Assembly (NCBI GenBank): GCA_004022145.1
Contig: RCNU01000001.1
Strand: one strand, 5' to 3'
DNA from: Paecilomyces variotii
Taxonomy: Eukaryota
DNA length: 64,000 nt
The first letter of the stretch is position 1; each line of letters begins with the position of its first letter. Below, in pieces: positions 1 to 12,121 of this stretch. A program made the position numbers and the translations under genes. The notes under the pieces were generated by a model. That model saw nothing but the letters and a program-made list of their open reading frames with translations. It was not told where the DNA came from and did not search any database.

Positions 1-226
1 CTCTGGCGGACTTTGGTATTGAGAATAAGAGGCGTTTGAAGACGTTGAAGGTTACCGGTATGTCCAATCAATGCTTGACCCACCAATGTTTTTTGCGCAA
101 ATGTGGTTCTGCGTACAGAGTGACTAACACAACGCGAAAATAGAGCCCCCACCACGACAGGGTGGAGGCAAGGTCGAGGATGTCGACGGTCTCGTCTCTA
201 AGCTCAAGGAGCTGGGCGCTCTGTGA
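1..226 (+). CDS. Electron transfer flavoprotein beta subunit, 3' end (5' part lies outside the window)
   Basis: Splicing intron 58-143 (GTATGT...ACTAAC...TAG) gives LADFGIENKRRLKTLKVTEPPPRQGGGKVEDVDGLVSKLKELGAL*, the typical ETF-beta C-terminus; TGA at 224-226. Confidence 0.85.
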
Positions 227-3200
227 GCTGTGAGCAAGTAGATGTTTCAAGGCTTGTTTTTGTTGTCGTTGTTGTTGATCTATTATATTGAAATGTGCCG
301 CTGCGTTGCGTTTTATAGCCCCGTATGATTTGGGTCTACGAGCTTTTTGTCCCTAGACGATTTTTGAGGATAAAAACGAAAGTCAATGATAATTTGATTG
401 TTTCCGGAACATTAGTGAATAATGTACGGTAGCTCTGGGAGAGTACTTTCTCCACCTAGTTTCTAGGAAAACTAACGTGATCTAATCTAAGCAAAGTAAT
501 ACTCTAAAGTTCAAGATCAGCGTTCTGGCTATACATTCCAGTAATACAGTACTGTACATAGTCAGGCTGAAAATGGGACGGACTCCTCCCGCCGTACCTA
601 TACTAGCAATACGAAATAAAATGAAATCAAATCTATCAGACCCTCCTAACTAGACATAGTAAAATATAACCATACAAGTGATCAGATAGCACAATATCTT
701 CAGAATCAGAAATTCCATAGGAAACCCTTTCGAGGTCTTGACCCTTTTTGTAGTTGATATATATCTCTACCCCACCTATGTAGGATAGGATAGGATAAAA
801 TAGGGCTTAGCGAGGAAAGAAGTCGATCTGAGACTTTGTCGGATAGGCTTCCATAGGGCCTATCTAGTACGTCTATCCGAAACTTCAAAGGAAGAAAAAA
901 AGAAACAATGCATTGAAAGTCGGGCTAAATATCGCCCATACATTAGGTAGCCTTTGAACTCCCCTGACAGGGAAAAGAAGAATTGAGGAAAAAGAAAGAT
1001 ATTAGCATCATGCGAGCAAGGAAAAAAAAAAAGAAAAGAAAAGAATAGATATGAAAATATCTCCGTAATTGAGATCAACAGATGGGCTTGCTTGCTATTT
1101 GTCTTGGAGGGAGTCATAGCGAATGGCCATAACCATTATTCCCGAGTCTCGACAAATCATACTGTACTGTAAGTAGTAGCGCAGGATCCTCGAGGCTCGA
1201 GCCCCCGACGGTCGGGATTTTTTTTTTTTCAAATCAGTCTGCAAATAAACTAACTAACTAATAATGGAGGGATTATTAGTCTAACTTATGGTGGGTAGAT
1301 AATTAATGTATTAATGTAGTTAGTTAGTTAAGCCCGGGATTAATTACTTCTTCATAGATAGTTGGCCGGAGAGGATCGGACCCTGGAGGTTGTTAGTCGG
1401 ATCCCGAGGCTGGGGATAATGCGCAGATCGTGTGGATTTGTTCGCTTCACGGCAAAGTCCAGATGATCACTAACTAGGTAGACTAGACTAGACTAGATAC
1501 ATTATGGTATGGTATGGTATGGAATTGGATGAGGGCTGAGAATGACGATATTTCTCAAATGTCCGTCCGGAACGCTGTAGCCGTGACTGACGTACTGTAC
1601 TCCGTACTCCGTACCTATATTACTGTCGCTTCGCTTCGCTAACTAAGTACCTAATGTAAGTAACTAGTGCTTAGCGACTACTTACGGTAGAAACGGGCCT
1701 ATTTAACTATCTGTCATGAATACGGAGTAATAATAATAGTTCGCACCATCGCCATGTGGCATGGATGTACCTGAGAAAAATCCTAGTTTAGGTATGTCTT
1801 GGCGCGAACTCGATTTCAATTTTCATCGCATATCAGGGATAATAATAATATAATAGGTTAAGATAAATAAATAATCTCGACAAGACGGATGGGCTGAAAT
1901 GGACGACGGCGTGAGGTTGTGCGCATGCATATGAGGTGTCACAACTTAATCAACCCCCTATGCGGACATAGTAAGCAAGCCGCATGGGTGATCTTTTGAA
2001 GATATAGGATGATTTCAAATATCGACCGGATATTATTATATTATTACCGCGAGAGAGGAATATGCAGGGGTTACTTAGTTAGTTAGTTAGAGTCTTTAGA
2101 GAAAGAGGGGATATCATAGAGAAACAGCGTGAGGGCGAGACTAAGTATTTAGTTAGTTAGTCGAGTTTTTTCCTGTTATGATGTATTTTCCTCCGCGGGC
2201 CGGGTATCAGAGAAGAATGCGACGACATTCCCCAGCAGACACAGCGTTGAAGTCTTTGGAATTCATGGATGATGATGATGATGGTTATTATTATTATTAT
2301 TCTTATTGATGCGCTAGCACAAAGAAATTGCGTGTTTTATAATAATAACTAATAATAATAAGTTAATTAACTAATACAGTCCGGAAGAGCGTAGGCGAAA
2401 AGCCGAAAAACTCCACCATCCGGATCCACCGCGACGAGGGAATCATCCACGATGGTTCGTTCCAAGCAGAGAAGAAGAAGAAAAAAAAATACATACATGA
2501 CATCGATCCGCTCGTTTTTTCTCGTCAGCCACGGCGCCACGCGGGGACCGTCAGTCCTTCCGGCCTCAGCCGTGCTGATGCTGATGGAGGAGGCCCAAAG
2601 AAATTCCCTCCCCCGTCATGCTTGTTCTGCCACTAGCAAGTATGAAGCCTGTAAGACCCAGGTTCATTCCCGGATTGCCCGCCCCGTCCTTCTCGAACCT
2701 GCTAAATAATGTCTAATGACCGATGATTAATATTTTATTTGATTTTATTTAATAGTTGACTATTATTCCCCTCCTCCCACCTTCAGCTCGCGGCTTCAAT
2801 GAGAATAATGGGTCGACACCCGATCCATATCCGCGCTGTTGCTGGTTCTCGGATGTCACAACTCTAAATTAAAAAGGACTTTTCTTGCTCTCTTGGGTGG
2901 CTCCTCAGTGGGTTTGGATGTGGCCCTGGCGATCTCGGTTCACACCAATAAATCCGTGGTAGCTCACCCTCTGCTGCATCAGATAACATCGTCCCATGCA
3001 AGGCGTGCTCTCGGACGCTGCGAGCCTGCGACACATTCTTCGTCTCCGAGAGCGCTCGATCGTCCACCAACGCGGCTCAGGCCCAGAAGAATTTGCATTC
3101 CTATCAGATTGAGGACATTGTGGTCAGCGTGTGTCTGCCCTTCTCGTCGTGAATTCAGCCCCTCGCGACCTGGCTAGTATTATTGCGAGACCGTTGCGTA

Positions 3201-3294
3201 TACAAGGACCGCCAACCGCCATCATCCTTGGCCGTCTGACCGACTACGTTCTCCCCCGCTGCATCTTCCGTCCGACCAGGTTGTCCCGGACACC

Positions 3295-5529
3295 ATGGCG
3301 CCGTCAGCGTGGGAGAGGACCTTCGGGTATTCGAAGAAAGGCTTTGACAAGGCCTGGCAAACCCTGGACAAGTTGGGCGCCCCCGTCAACCGTCTCTCCA
3401 ACCGTGTGGGTGCGGAGGCCTTTTGGCCTATGTCACTGGACAAGGAGAGTGATAAAGCTGCCCGCATTCTGCGCAGTTTCTGCAAAGATGGCTTCTACGA
3501 AGACTTGACTCCAGACGAGGAACGAATGAAGCGGGATTCGAAGGGTAGGCTCGATCGACCGCAAGGAAAACAACGAGTACTGAAGAAGATTCCGACGGAC
3601 GTGATCAAACAAGCAAAGGGACTGGCGATCTTTACAACCATGCGAACGGGACTCTGGGTCAGTGGCGCTGGCGGGAGTGGTGTGTTGCTGGCGAGGATCC
3701 CAGAGACGGGAGAATGGAGTCCGCCGTCCGGAATCCTGCTACATACAGCAGGGATAGGATTCATGGTGGGCGTCGACATCTACGATTGCGTCGTCGTCAT
3801 CAACACATACGAAGCGTTGGAGGGTTTCAAGCGAATTCGCTGTACGCTGGGCGGAGAAGTAAGCGTGGCGGCGGGACCGGTCGGTATCGGTGGTATTCTC
3901 GAGACGGAAGTTCACAAGCGCCAGGCTCCTGTGTGGACATACATGAAGAGTCGTGGTATCTATGCGGGGGTGCAGGTGGATGGCACAATCATCCTCGAAC
4001 GAAACGACGAAAATGAACGGTTTTACGGCGAAAAGCTCCGTGTCCATGACATCCTCGCCGGCAAAGTGAGGCATCCGCCAGACTCCCTCAAGATGCTGAT
4101 GCAAACCATCAAGAGCGCCCAGGGTGACTCAGACGTTGATGAATCTGTTCTTCCATCTCCAGGACAGGCACCAGGTGATATGGAACTGGTTGACAGCAAC
4201 TTTGGGATCCCCGCAGCCGACGATCCAGATCCTTTCGGAGTCAAAGCTCTGGAAGCAGAAGGTCTCTTCATTCGCGAGGCAGCAACCAAGGCCAGGCCAA
4301 GTCACGAAGTCTTTGAGTTTCGCCCAGCACCATCGAGTCCTATCTACAACACATTCCCGCGGTACAGCATGGGCAGCTCGCGGCGGACGAGCTGGCGGGG
4401 TAGTCTGCAGAGTTATACCAGCGTCGATAGGGGAACGCAAACTGAAGATCGTCCCATGACTGCGACCACTACGACAAGCAGGATGTCATCTCCTCGGAGC
4501 ATCAAGGAGTCTATCTCCCCGCAGCCGGAAGAAGTTCTCGAGGAACGCGAAGAACACGCAGAAACCGAATATACGAACGGAGACCACGAGCCCAACGGTG
4601 AGCCGGAAGTCCACGAGATTGGCACTACGACGGTTGCCAAGCGTGAGAGCGCTGTCAGCATTCCTCCCACTGTTGATGACCAGACGGTCTCGCCCGAATC
4701 CAAGCGACTGTCGCCGACATTCACGCGTGCGCGGTTGGTAACAATTCCCAAGCGGATCCCACCGGCTCTCCCACCACGAAACCCCATACGCAAACACGAT
4801 TCGATGTCAACAACCGCTTCCTTGCCCTCGCCGACTGCGTCCCTGCGACGCGAGATCAGAATGTCGAACGAATTTTCCGGTGGTGAAACAAACGGCCTTG
4901 ACCATCTTCCTGAGCACGCGGATGCCTCGTCTGAAGAACTTCCTCCTGACGTTGAAGCTCGCATTGACGCCCTTGTCGATGAGTTTGCTAATGGCCAGCA
5001 CGAGGATCATGTCGCTACGACTGTCACGGAGAAGGATGAGTTCCACTCGATTGCTAGTTCTCAAAGATCGTCGAGGAGCGAGCTGGTTGCCCGTGGAGAA
5101 GAGCAGGAGAACCGCGGGGAAGACAAACACGAGACTGAAAACGGGGAATACAAACACGAGACCGGAAACGAGGAACACAACCATGAGACTGAAAACGAGG
5201 AAGACAAACATGAGATCGGAAACGACGAACACAGACACGAGACCTCAAACGAGGAAGAACCCCATGCTGTGTCATACTATGAGAGTGTCTCCCGACGTAA
5301 TTCGACAAAGGAGGACCACACCACAACTGAAGTCGATGTCGAGGATGAGGCCGAGAGGGAAACTGTGAATGGGATCACGGATGATCAGGTCCATGAATCT
5401 CACCCTGGCACGGTTTATCTGACAGATGACGCCGCAGAGGACGAAGAGAAAACTAAGAACGAGCCTGCCCATGGGGCTGCCCACGAGGCCGTGGAGTCCA
5501 CCAAGACTGACGTCCACACGTCGTCATGA
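3295..5529 (+). CDS. Ysc84/SYLF (DUF500) actin-binding domain protein with long acidic disordered tail
   Basis: 744-aa ORF with AKGLAIFT...GSGVLLAR...WSPPSG, D.VVVIN, SVAAGPVG and Y.KSRG.YAGV.VDG...ERNDEN.RFYG motifs of the SYLF domain; PPALPPR proline motif; no SH3 domain seen. Confidence 0.85.
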   Translation: MAPSAWERTFGYSKKGFDKAWQTLDKLGAPVNRLSNRVGAEAFWPMSLDKESDKAARILRSFCKDGFYEDLTPDEERMKRDSKGRLDRPQGKQRVLKKIPTDVIKQAKGLAIFTTMRTGLWVSGAGGSGVLLARIPETGEWSPPSGILLHTAGIGFMVGVDIYDCVVVINTYEALEGFKRIRCTLGGEVSVAAGPVGIGGILETEVHKRQAPVWTYMKSRGIYAGVQVDGTIILERNDENERFYGEKLRVHDILAGKVRHPPDSLKMLMQTIKSAQGDSDVDESVLPSPGQAPGDMELVDSNFGIPAADDPDPFGVKALEAEGLFIREAATKARPSHEVFEFRPAPSSPIYNTFPRYSMGSSRRTSWRGSLQSYTSVDRGTQTEDRPMTATTTTSRMSSPRSIKESISPQPEEVLEEREEHAETEYTNGDHEPNGEPEVHEIGTTTVAKRESAVSIPPTVDDQTVSPESKRLSPTFTRARLVTIPKRIPPALPPRNPIRKHDSMSTTASLPSPTASLRREIRMSNEFSGGETNGLDHLPEHADASSEELPPDVEARIDALVDEFANGQHEDHVATTVTEKDEFHSIASSQRSSRSELVARGEEQENRGEDKHETENGEYKHETGNEEHNHETENEEDKHEIGNDEHRHETSNEEEPHAVSYYESVSRRNSTKEDHTTTEVDVEDEAERETVNGITDDQVHESHPGTVYLTDDAAEDEEKTKNEPAHGAAHEAVESTKTDVHTSS
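5125..5259 (+). repeat. Coding tandem repeat, about 5 x 27 bp (9 aa)
   Basis: KHETENGEY/KHETGNEEH/NHETENEED/KHEIGNDEH/RHETSNEEE, with recurring DNA units like AAACACGAGACTGAAAACG. Confidence 0.85.
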
Positions 5530-6626
5530 TTGGTGATATTACCACACGATCTTTCATTCTCCATGACTTATTTTGCGACAACCCAAGTTTCTCGACCACT
5601 CGATCAGGTTCATTGATACCTTCTGCGGGCAAAAAAGAAGTCTAGCTGTTGGCGCGCTCATCTTCCATTGTATATGATTCACGGATTCGAATTCTCATTC
5701 GCCAGATGATAGCGAAGTCGGGCATTATTCTTCATGGTTTTGACTATTTTCTGATATTGTATTTTTATTCCTGCATTGGACCATTTCTGCCCATACGGGT
5801 TATATTGGCGTCATGGTACGGGTGCATCAGGGGACCATCTACCTTACGAGGTTCGTGGATCGTGGACTCTCTGCTTTCTGCTTTTTTTCTAGATTACTTG
5901 GCTTTTAGGCCTTGATGGTTTTTATCTCAGGTTACAGCATGGAGAAGGGGGTTGGGGTAGGGGAATGGGAACATGCCGTTCCTACCTTGAAGAATCCCGT
6001 TGGATGGATAGACAGTTCTACTTTACATGTATTTACGAACTTCATTCAGTAAACACTGCTTGATCTTGTTCTGAGTATCATGTGAAATTTCTCGTACGAA
6101 TTAATGTAGTGACAATGAGGGAATTCTCTTGCTTCATAATTCGAATGCAATACTTGTCTGGGACATTTACTTTGAACCTGACTGAAATAAATAATAAATA
6201 AATTCAGGGTTATTCTGGGGTAAAAAGAAAAGGGCTAGGAGCAAAGAAAACTTATGTTGGTCTAGAGGATCGAAGATACGTATCCCTACGCTGCGTAGAT
6301 TGAGTTGAGCCTTGCTCGGCCCCTCAGGAAACCGTGTTCGCTGCGTTAAGTACAGGGGTCTATTATCAGCAAAAGGCACCGCCTGATAGAAAAAATGGTC
6401 TTTTCAGGTTGTAATTGGAAGGCTGGGATTAAGCATTAGTACACTTGGCAAACACAACTTCTCCCACTTATTCCACTCCCGGGGTTGCTCTTCTTTGTTG
6501 TGATCAGGCAACCAGCTCGGATTTATGAAAATAAACAAACTGAACTACCTACTCTGTCCTTGTTATTTTTCCCAGCGCCCTTTCTAAAAGATTTCCCCTT
6601 CTCTTCCAACATAATCCTTAGCAAAC

Positions 6627-7919
6627 ATGCATAATCATATACTGTCTCTCTCACTCCCCAAAGCTGAAGCCGCACAATGCAACAGAAACCTCATGCAAGA
6701 GTTCCAGGCGGCGCTCGAAAAAGACCCAACAGTGGATCTGATCTCTATTATTCCCGATTCATATTATCGCGAACACTATAATGCGCAATGTCAAGAGCTA
6801 TCTTATGCAGCTCAGATCAATCTCCGCACAATAAATGAGCTTTATCAGGAACTGGAGATTGAACCGGAAGCCAATCTGCTATCTTTATTCCCGAAGAACT
6901 ATAACCGCAGGATTCAAATGGCGACTGGATCCAGAACGGCGCCTTCGTTGGAAAAGAGCGAGATACAAGGTCCTCCTGAGTTCCGCACACGTCTTGATCT
7001 CGCTGATACTGCTACTGTTGTGTTTCCGTTATCTGAGAAGACTACGACTTTGCTTACGCGATATTCAGAAAGGTCAGGCTCTGCGTTTGATACCACAGGG
7101 GAATCACTTGCTGTATCTCTGAAAAAACTTCTGTGGGATTCTCCTGTCCTCTGGGAGAGCCATGTCAGGGGTGTCGTGGTTAAATGCAGCGAGGACATCG
7201 TTGCCAAAGTTATTACGGGACACAGAGATTACACAGAATACACTAGCATGCAATACCTCGAAGAAAAGGTGCCTGATATCCCAGCGCCAAGGCCCCACGG
7301 GCTGATCGCATTAGGACCCTTTCGCGTCATATTCATGTCGTATATTCCAGAAATCACATTAGCCACAGTATGGGATGGACTATCTCCCCAGGAAAAGCGC
7401 TCGATACAAGATCAACTGGATGATATCTTCGTCCGATTGAGAAATCTTCGACAGGACGACGGCAATGAACTCGGTGGTGTGTGTGGAGAAGGCGTGAAGG
7501 AACATAATGTCGATGAAACTGCCCTGTGGAAAAATATCACTCAGGCTAAAGAGTACAATGACTTGCAGTTTACGGCCCGTCATCATGGCAGCAATACATA
7601 TGTCAAGTTGTTACGTTCATTCCTGGACACGACGGCTATGCGGGGATCGGTATTCACACATGGTGATATTAGGAAGGAAAATATCATGGCGAAACGAGAT
7701 TCAGGTAGTCGTGATTCATATGTTGTTACGGGAATCATTGATTGGGAGGATAGTGGTTTTTATCCTGAGTACTATGAGTGTACTACATTGACGGGCAATC
7801 TTAGTCTGGTGGAAGAGGATGATTGGTACTTGTATCTTCCGAGGAGTATTGCCCCGTCTCGATTTCCTATTAATTGGTTGGTCGATCGGCTTTGGAAGAT
7901 TCATCTTAGGACTACGTAG
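6627..7919 (+). CDS. Aminoglycoside phosphotransferase/choline kinase-like (APH family) protein
   Basis: Intronless 430-aa ORF with VAKV...EY..MQYL..., IPAPRP, IFMSYIP, FTHGDIRKENIM (Brenner motif) and IIDWEDSGFYPEYYE. Confidence 0.85.
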   Translation: MHNHILSLSLPKAEAAQCNRNLMQEFQAALEKDPTVDLISIIPDSYYREHYNAQCQELSYAAQINLRTINELYQELEIEPEANLLSLFPKNYNRRIQMATGSRTAPSLEKSEIQGPPEFRTRLDLADTATVVFPLSEKTTTLLTRYSERSGSAFDTTGESLAVSLKKLLWDSPVLWESHVRGVVVKCSEDIVAKVITGHRDYTEYTSMQYLEEKVPDIPAPRPHGLIALGPFRVIFMSYIPEITLATVWDGLSPQEKRSIQDQLDDIFVRLRNLRQDDGNELGGVCGEGVKEHNVDETALWKNITQAKEYNDLQFTARHHGSNTYVKLLRSFLDTTAMRGSVFTHGDIRKENIMAKRDSGSRDSYVVTGIIDWEDSGFYPEYYECTTLTGNLSLVEEDDWYLYLPRSIAPSRFPINWLVDRLWKIHLRTT

Positions 7920-8792
7920 ATGGGAATGAGCATGGAGAAATGGTTTGGTTTGGGGACTAATACAGTATGCCATGATGAATTCTAAGAATAACACTACGGA
8001 ACAACATGAAGTAGCCATAACTCGTATCCTCTCCACATTGTCTGCGTGGAAAATGAGAAACTGCCGAACCCTAATTGCTTGAATTGCTTGCTTGACTCTA
8101 GTTCTGTATACACACGTGTACTTCTGCTCCCTGACTTCCTGCCAAGCCAAATATTTCAGGACAGAAGCACTTTGGATGGCGCTAAGTAACAACGGCTCGA
8201 TTCAATTTTGATCAAACCAGGGACACTACATCCGTACACACTCAGCGCCTAAACCATCACATCCGGAAGAAGCCGATCGGCCGAAGTCTTCGTGATAGTT
8301 GCCTGAACATTTGGTAGCCTGAACGATCACATGATTCGCTAGAGCCGAGCTACGCTTAGATCCCAGGCAGCAGCAGGCAGAGACGCCGTCCCGCGCGCTG
8401 GGACTTCCTAATTGGGGAAGCTGGCGGCCCACAGCTGTCGAGCTTGGACGTTAGAGAGTAGTAGAATACCGACTCTTGCATCAACTCTCTCTCACTGCTT
8501 TGCGGTGGCGTATTCTCTGGGATCCGATTTAAGAGCGTGTCGAGACCCCGTGGTTTGGCTTTTATTTGTTTCTCAACTTTCAATTCAGCTTTCTAGCAGT
8601 CTGCGAATTGTCATCACGACATTGACTACCTAGTTAAGTTACTTCTTTCGATTCATTGAGAGGAACTTGGATGCTTGAGGAAAGATTTACTATTTATTGA
8701 GCTGTGCTTTTGCTTCACTTCACTTCACTTCCAACTTATTTACATCTATTTCATTCTACTCTTTCTTTCGAAAAAGCGAAGTTCATGCCACT

Positions 8793-11065
8793 ATGACTCG
8801 TCGGTCTGCTGCGTTTCTCAAAGACGCTGTTGTCGCCGTGACTGGCACATTCCCAGGCTATAAACAATGTAAGAAAGCCCATTGGAATTCCTCTCTTGTT
8901 AATATCTACAATTGACACGTTCTTTAGCGGATCTGAAGACGATTGTCGAAGAGTACGGCGGGACTTTCGTCTACAGAGTCATTCCAGAATGTACCCATTT
9001 CATAGCGACGCAGAAGGAGTTCGACGTGAAAGGGAGCAAAGGTGAGTGTGCTATCTTTCACTCTTCCGTTCGAAATAATGCTTGTGGTGCATGTGTTTAT
9101 GATGTTTGTTATACAGTTATACAAGCTATGAAGGTGTATACCTGCGACATTGTCACGCTTGACTGGTTGCTTGAGTCTGTTGAGGCGAAGAAGCAACTCC
9201 CTGGAAAAGATTATCTCTTCGAGACGAAGAAAAAGAACGATACAAAGGACGATAATGCGTCTGCAGATGATACGAAAGACTCCAAGAAATCAAAAAAGAG
9301 CAAGGAAGACGATAAACCGCCCAAGAAGCGGCCACTTGAAGAAGCTCTCAAGGAAGAGGATGATGGCCACCTCGATAAAAAGCAGAAAGATGGCCAGCTG
9401 GCTAAATCTAAGGATCTGAAGGTGGATGTCGACGACGGTTGCTATCTGAGGAGTGAGTCGAATTGTTTCGCTAGAGAAGGATTAGCATTTACTGATTGAT
9501 GGTTCTCAGCCAACCATCGTGTCTACATTAGTGATGACGGTATGATTTGGGATGCGACGCTTAACCAAACCAATGCGGCTGCGAATAATAACAAATTCTA
9601 TCGGATTCAACTGCTTGAGAGCCATACCGGAAACTCCTACAAAACATGGACTCGATGGGGCCGTGTGGGAGAGATCGGTCAGAGTGCAATACTAGGACAA
9701 AATCTAGAGAGTGCAATGGCTGAGTTCAAGAAGAAGTTCAAGGACAAGTCAGGTCTCACGTGGGAGAATCGACTGGATCCACCCAAAAAGGGGAAATACA
9801 CCTTCATTGAGCGCAACTATGAAGAGGATTCAGACAACGATGAAGATGAAACGAATGGCAAGAAAAAGAGCACAGAAGAGAAGAAAGAATCGAAGGCAGT
9901 CGAAAGCACACTCTCGGTTCCAATCCAGAACCTGATGAATTTTATCTTCAACCAGGGGCATTTCCTTTCCGCGATGGCTCAAATGTCATACGATGCTCGT
10001 AAACTGCCGCTGGGAAAGTTGAGCAAACGAACCTTGCGCGCAGGTTTCCAGATTTTGAAGGATCTTTCTGATCTTTTTGCGGACCATTCTCTCGCAATGT
10101 CCAAATATGGTGTCTCGTATCGGGATGCGACGGAAGACCTCAGCAACCGTTATTTCACGACGATACCTCATGTTTTCGGTCGTAATAGGCCTCCTGTGAT
10201 CGACAATGAGGCCATGATTAAGAGGGAGGTCGTGCTCTTGGAAGCGCTGACAGACATGGAGATTTCAAATGAAATCATGAAGGACTCCTCCAAGGATGAA
10301 GAAGAGATCAACCGCCTAGATCGCATGTTCCAGGGACTAGGAATGGAAGAAATGACACCTTTGGACCACAGCTCTTCTGAGTTCATGGAAATCAAAGATT
10401 ATCTCCTTGGGACGCACGGTTCGACGCACCACTTGCGCTATCAGGTTAGTCACACTACATTTTTGAAATTATCTTTTGCTGACGTCTGTCTTCAGGTACT
10501 CGACATCTTCCGCATTGAGCGCCAGGGCGAGAACGATCGATTTAACAAATCCCCGTATGCAAATCTTCCGAACAGCAATCGCCGTCTCCTCTGGCACGGC
10601 TCTCGAAGTACCAACTTCGGAGGTATTCTCAGCCAAGGTCTTCGCATTGCACCACCAGAGGCTCCTGTCTCCGGATATATGTTCGGTAAAGGTGTCTATT
10701 TCGCAGACATGTCGAGCAAGTCTGCCAACTACTGCTGGTCATCCAGCAGTGCCAATATGGGTCTCTTGCTCCTCTGCGACGTGGAACTGGGTGATCCAAT
10801 GCTCGAACTCACCAGTGCCAACTTCAATGCCGGCAATGATGCAAAGGCGGGCGGTATGCTGTCCACGCTGGGGAAGGGCATGACAGTACCTCAGGGCTGG
10901 AAGGACGCGGGCTGCGTCCACCCGAGTCTAAAAGGCGTCAAGATGCCTGATACTTCGGCGCCTCTAGGTAGTTCGGGCGGATTCCATGGATTGATGTACA
11001 ATGAGTATATCGTCTATGATGTTGCTCAGATCCGCCAAAAGTACTTGCTTCATGTCCGCATGTGA
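8793..11065 (+). CDS. prpA: Poly(ADP-ribose) polymerase (BRCT-WGR-regulatory-catalytic; PrpA-like)
   Basis: BRCT start (VAVTGTF...CTHFIAT...IVTLDWL), WGR domain (NKFYRIQLL...TRWGRVG), LPLGKLSK, catalytic LLWHGSR, GYMFGKGVYFAD and YNEYIVY (H-Y-E triad). Introns near 8869-8928, 9042-9116, 9453-9509 and 10445-10495. Confidence 0.93.
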
Positions 11066-12121
11066 GCTGGATTAACAGGTGCTTTATGCGTTGAACGACA
11101 TCGCGACTTCTCCGATATTTTATCATTCTCGTTTGTTAAAAGGGCCACCGGCTGGCGTTTACGAAGCGGGTTTCGAGGTTCTATCTTTGCTTTCTGTATA
11201 ATAGCTCTTATCTATCTAATTCGTGTCAGTATTGATATCGATAAAGTCCACGTTCATCCAACCGGTCATAGTTATGTATTATTGATGATTAATGGCCTGG
11301 ATTGGGACATCTTTACCCCCAACTTCTGATCCGTAGTAGATACAGGAAATTATAAAATAATATGTAGGTCCCCGATAGTGATTTTGGGTCAATCCAGCCG
11401 GGCGCGAACAGTCTATTAAGGATAGAAAAAAGCTTCTTACTGAATGAAGAAAATTAATCCCGGCTACTCCAAGATTCCTGCACGAGAGATGCGACTAAAC
11501 CATATGTTGATTATGCGACACGATATGCCAGAGATCTAACATGGGAACGCGTCATGATTTCCTGTTTCGGATAACGACCATCACGATACACTAGACGGTG
11601 TCCCGAAGAAGATGGTATTGTTATTTCTTAACTGACAAGTCCATCGACTTAAAAGTACATGCGAGTCTGTTGGATCTGCAGGGACTCCCGGCATGTGCGA
11701 CTGTTAAGCTACGAGATCAGCGTAGCCGCCTTCCGCTTTCCGTTTGGCACGAGAGATAAGGCGTAACTAGGGCCGGTCCGATAATGACTCCAGACCCCAG
11801 AGACCTCAACTCCTCTGAACGAGAGCCTGTGTACTCCGTTACCCCATACCAGGATCTTTGAGTCTTTCAGCAGTGGCCACGATCCTGAAGGGCACTGAGC
11901 TGGGAGTGGCAACCGTTCCTGGTGATCTCGTGCTTGTTTAGTAGCTAGGCGACGTTACGGAGCCTTGAGAACCTTGGGGGCCCAGGTAAGTCTGCTCTTG
12001 TCCCGTATATAGACGCATTTCTCGCTTCTCTTCTGTTTTTTTGTGATTTTCTTTTTGTTATTACCGGGGAGAGGCATCTGGTTTTCTTCCTGGGCTGTTT
12101 TCGGCCCAATACAACGCGGCT

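Noticed and set aside
68-250. Minus-strand 60-aa ORF
   Set aside because: Antisense to the spliced ETF-beta 3' end.
6160-8225. GGGACA direct repeat flanking the APH-like gene as a target-site duplication
   Set aside because: Only 6 bp, with no terminal inverted repeats or transposase; expected by chance.
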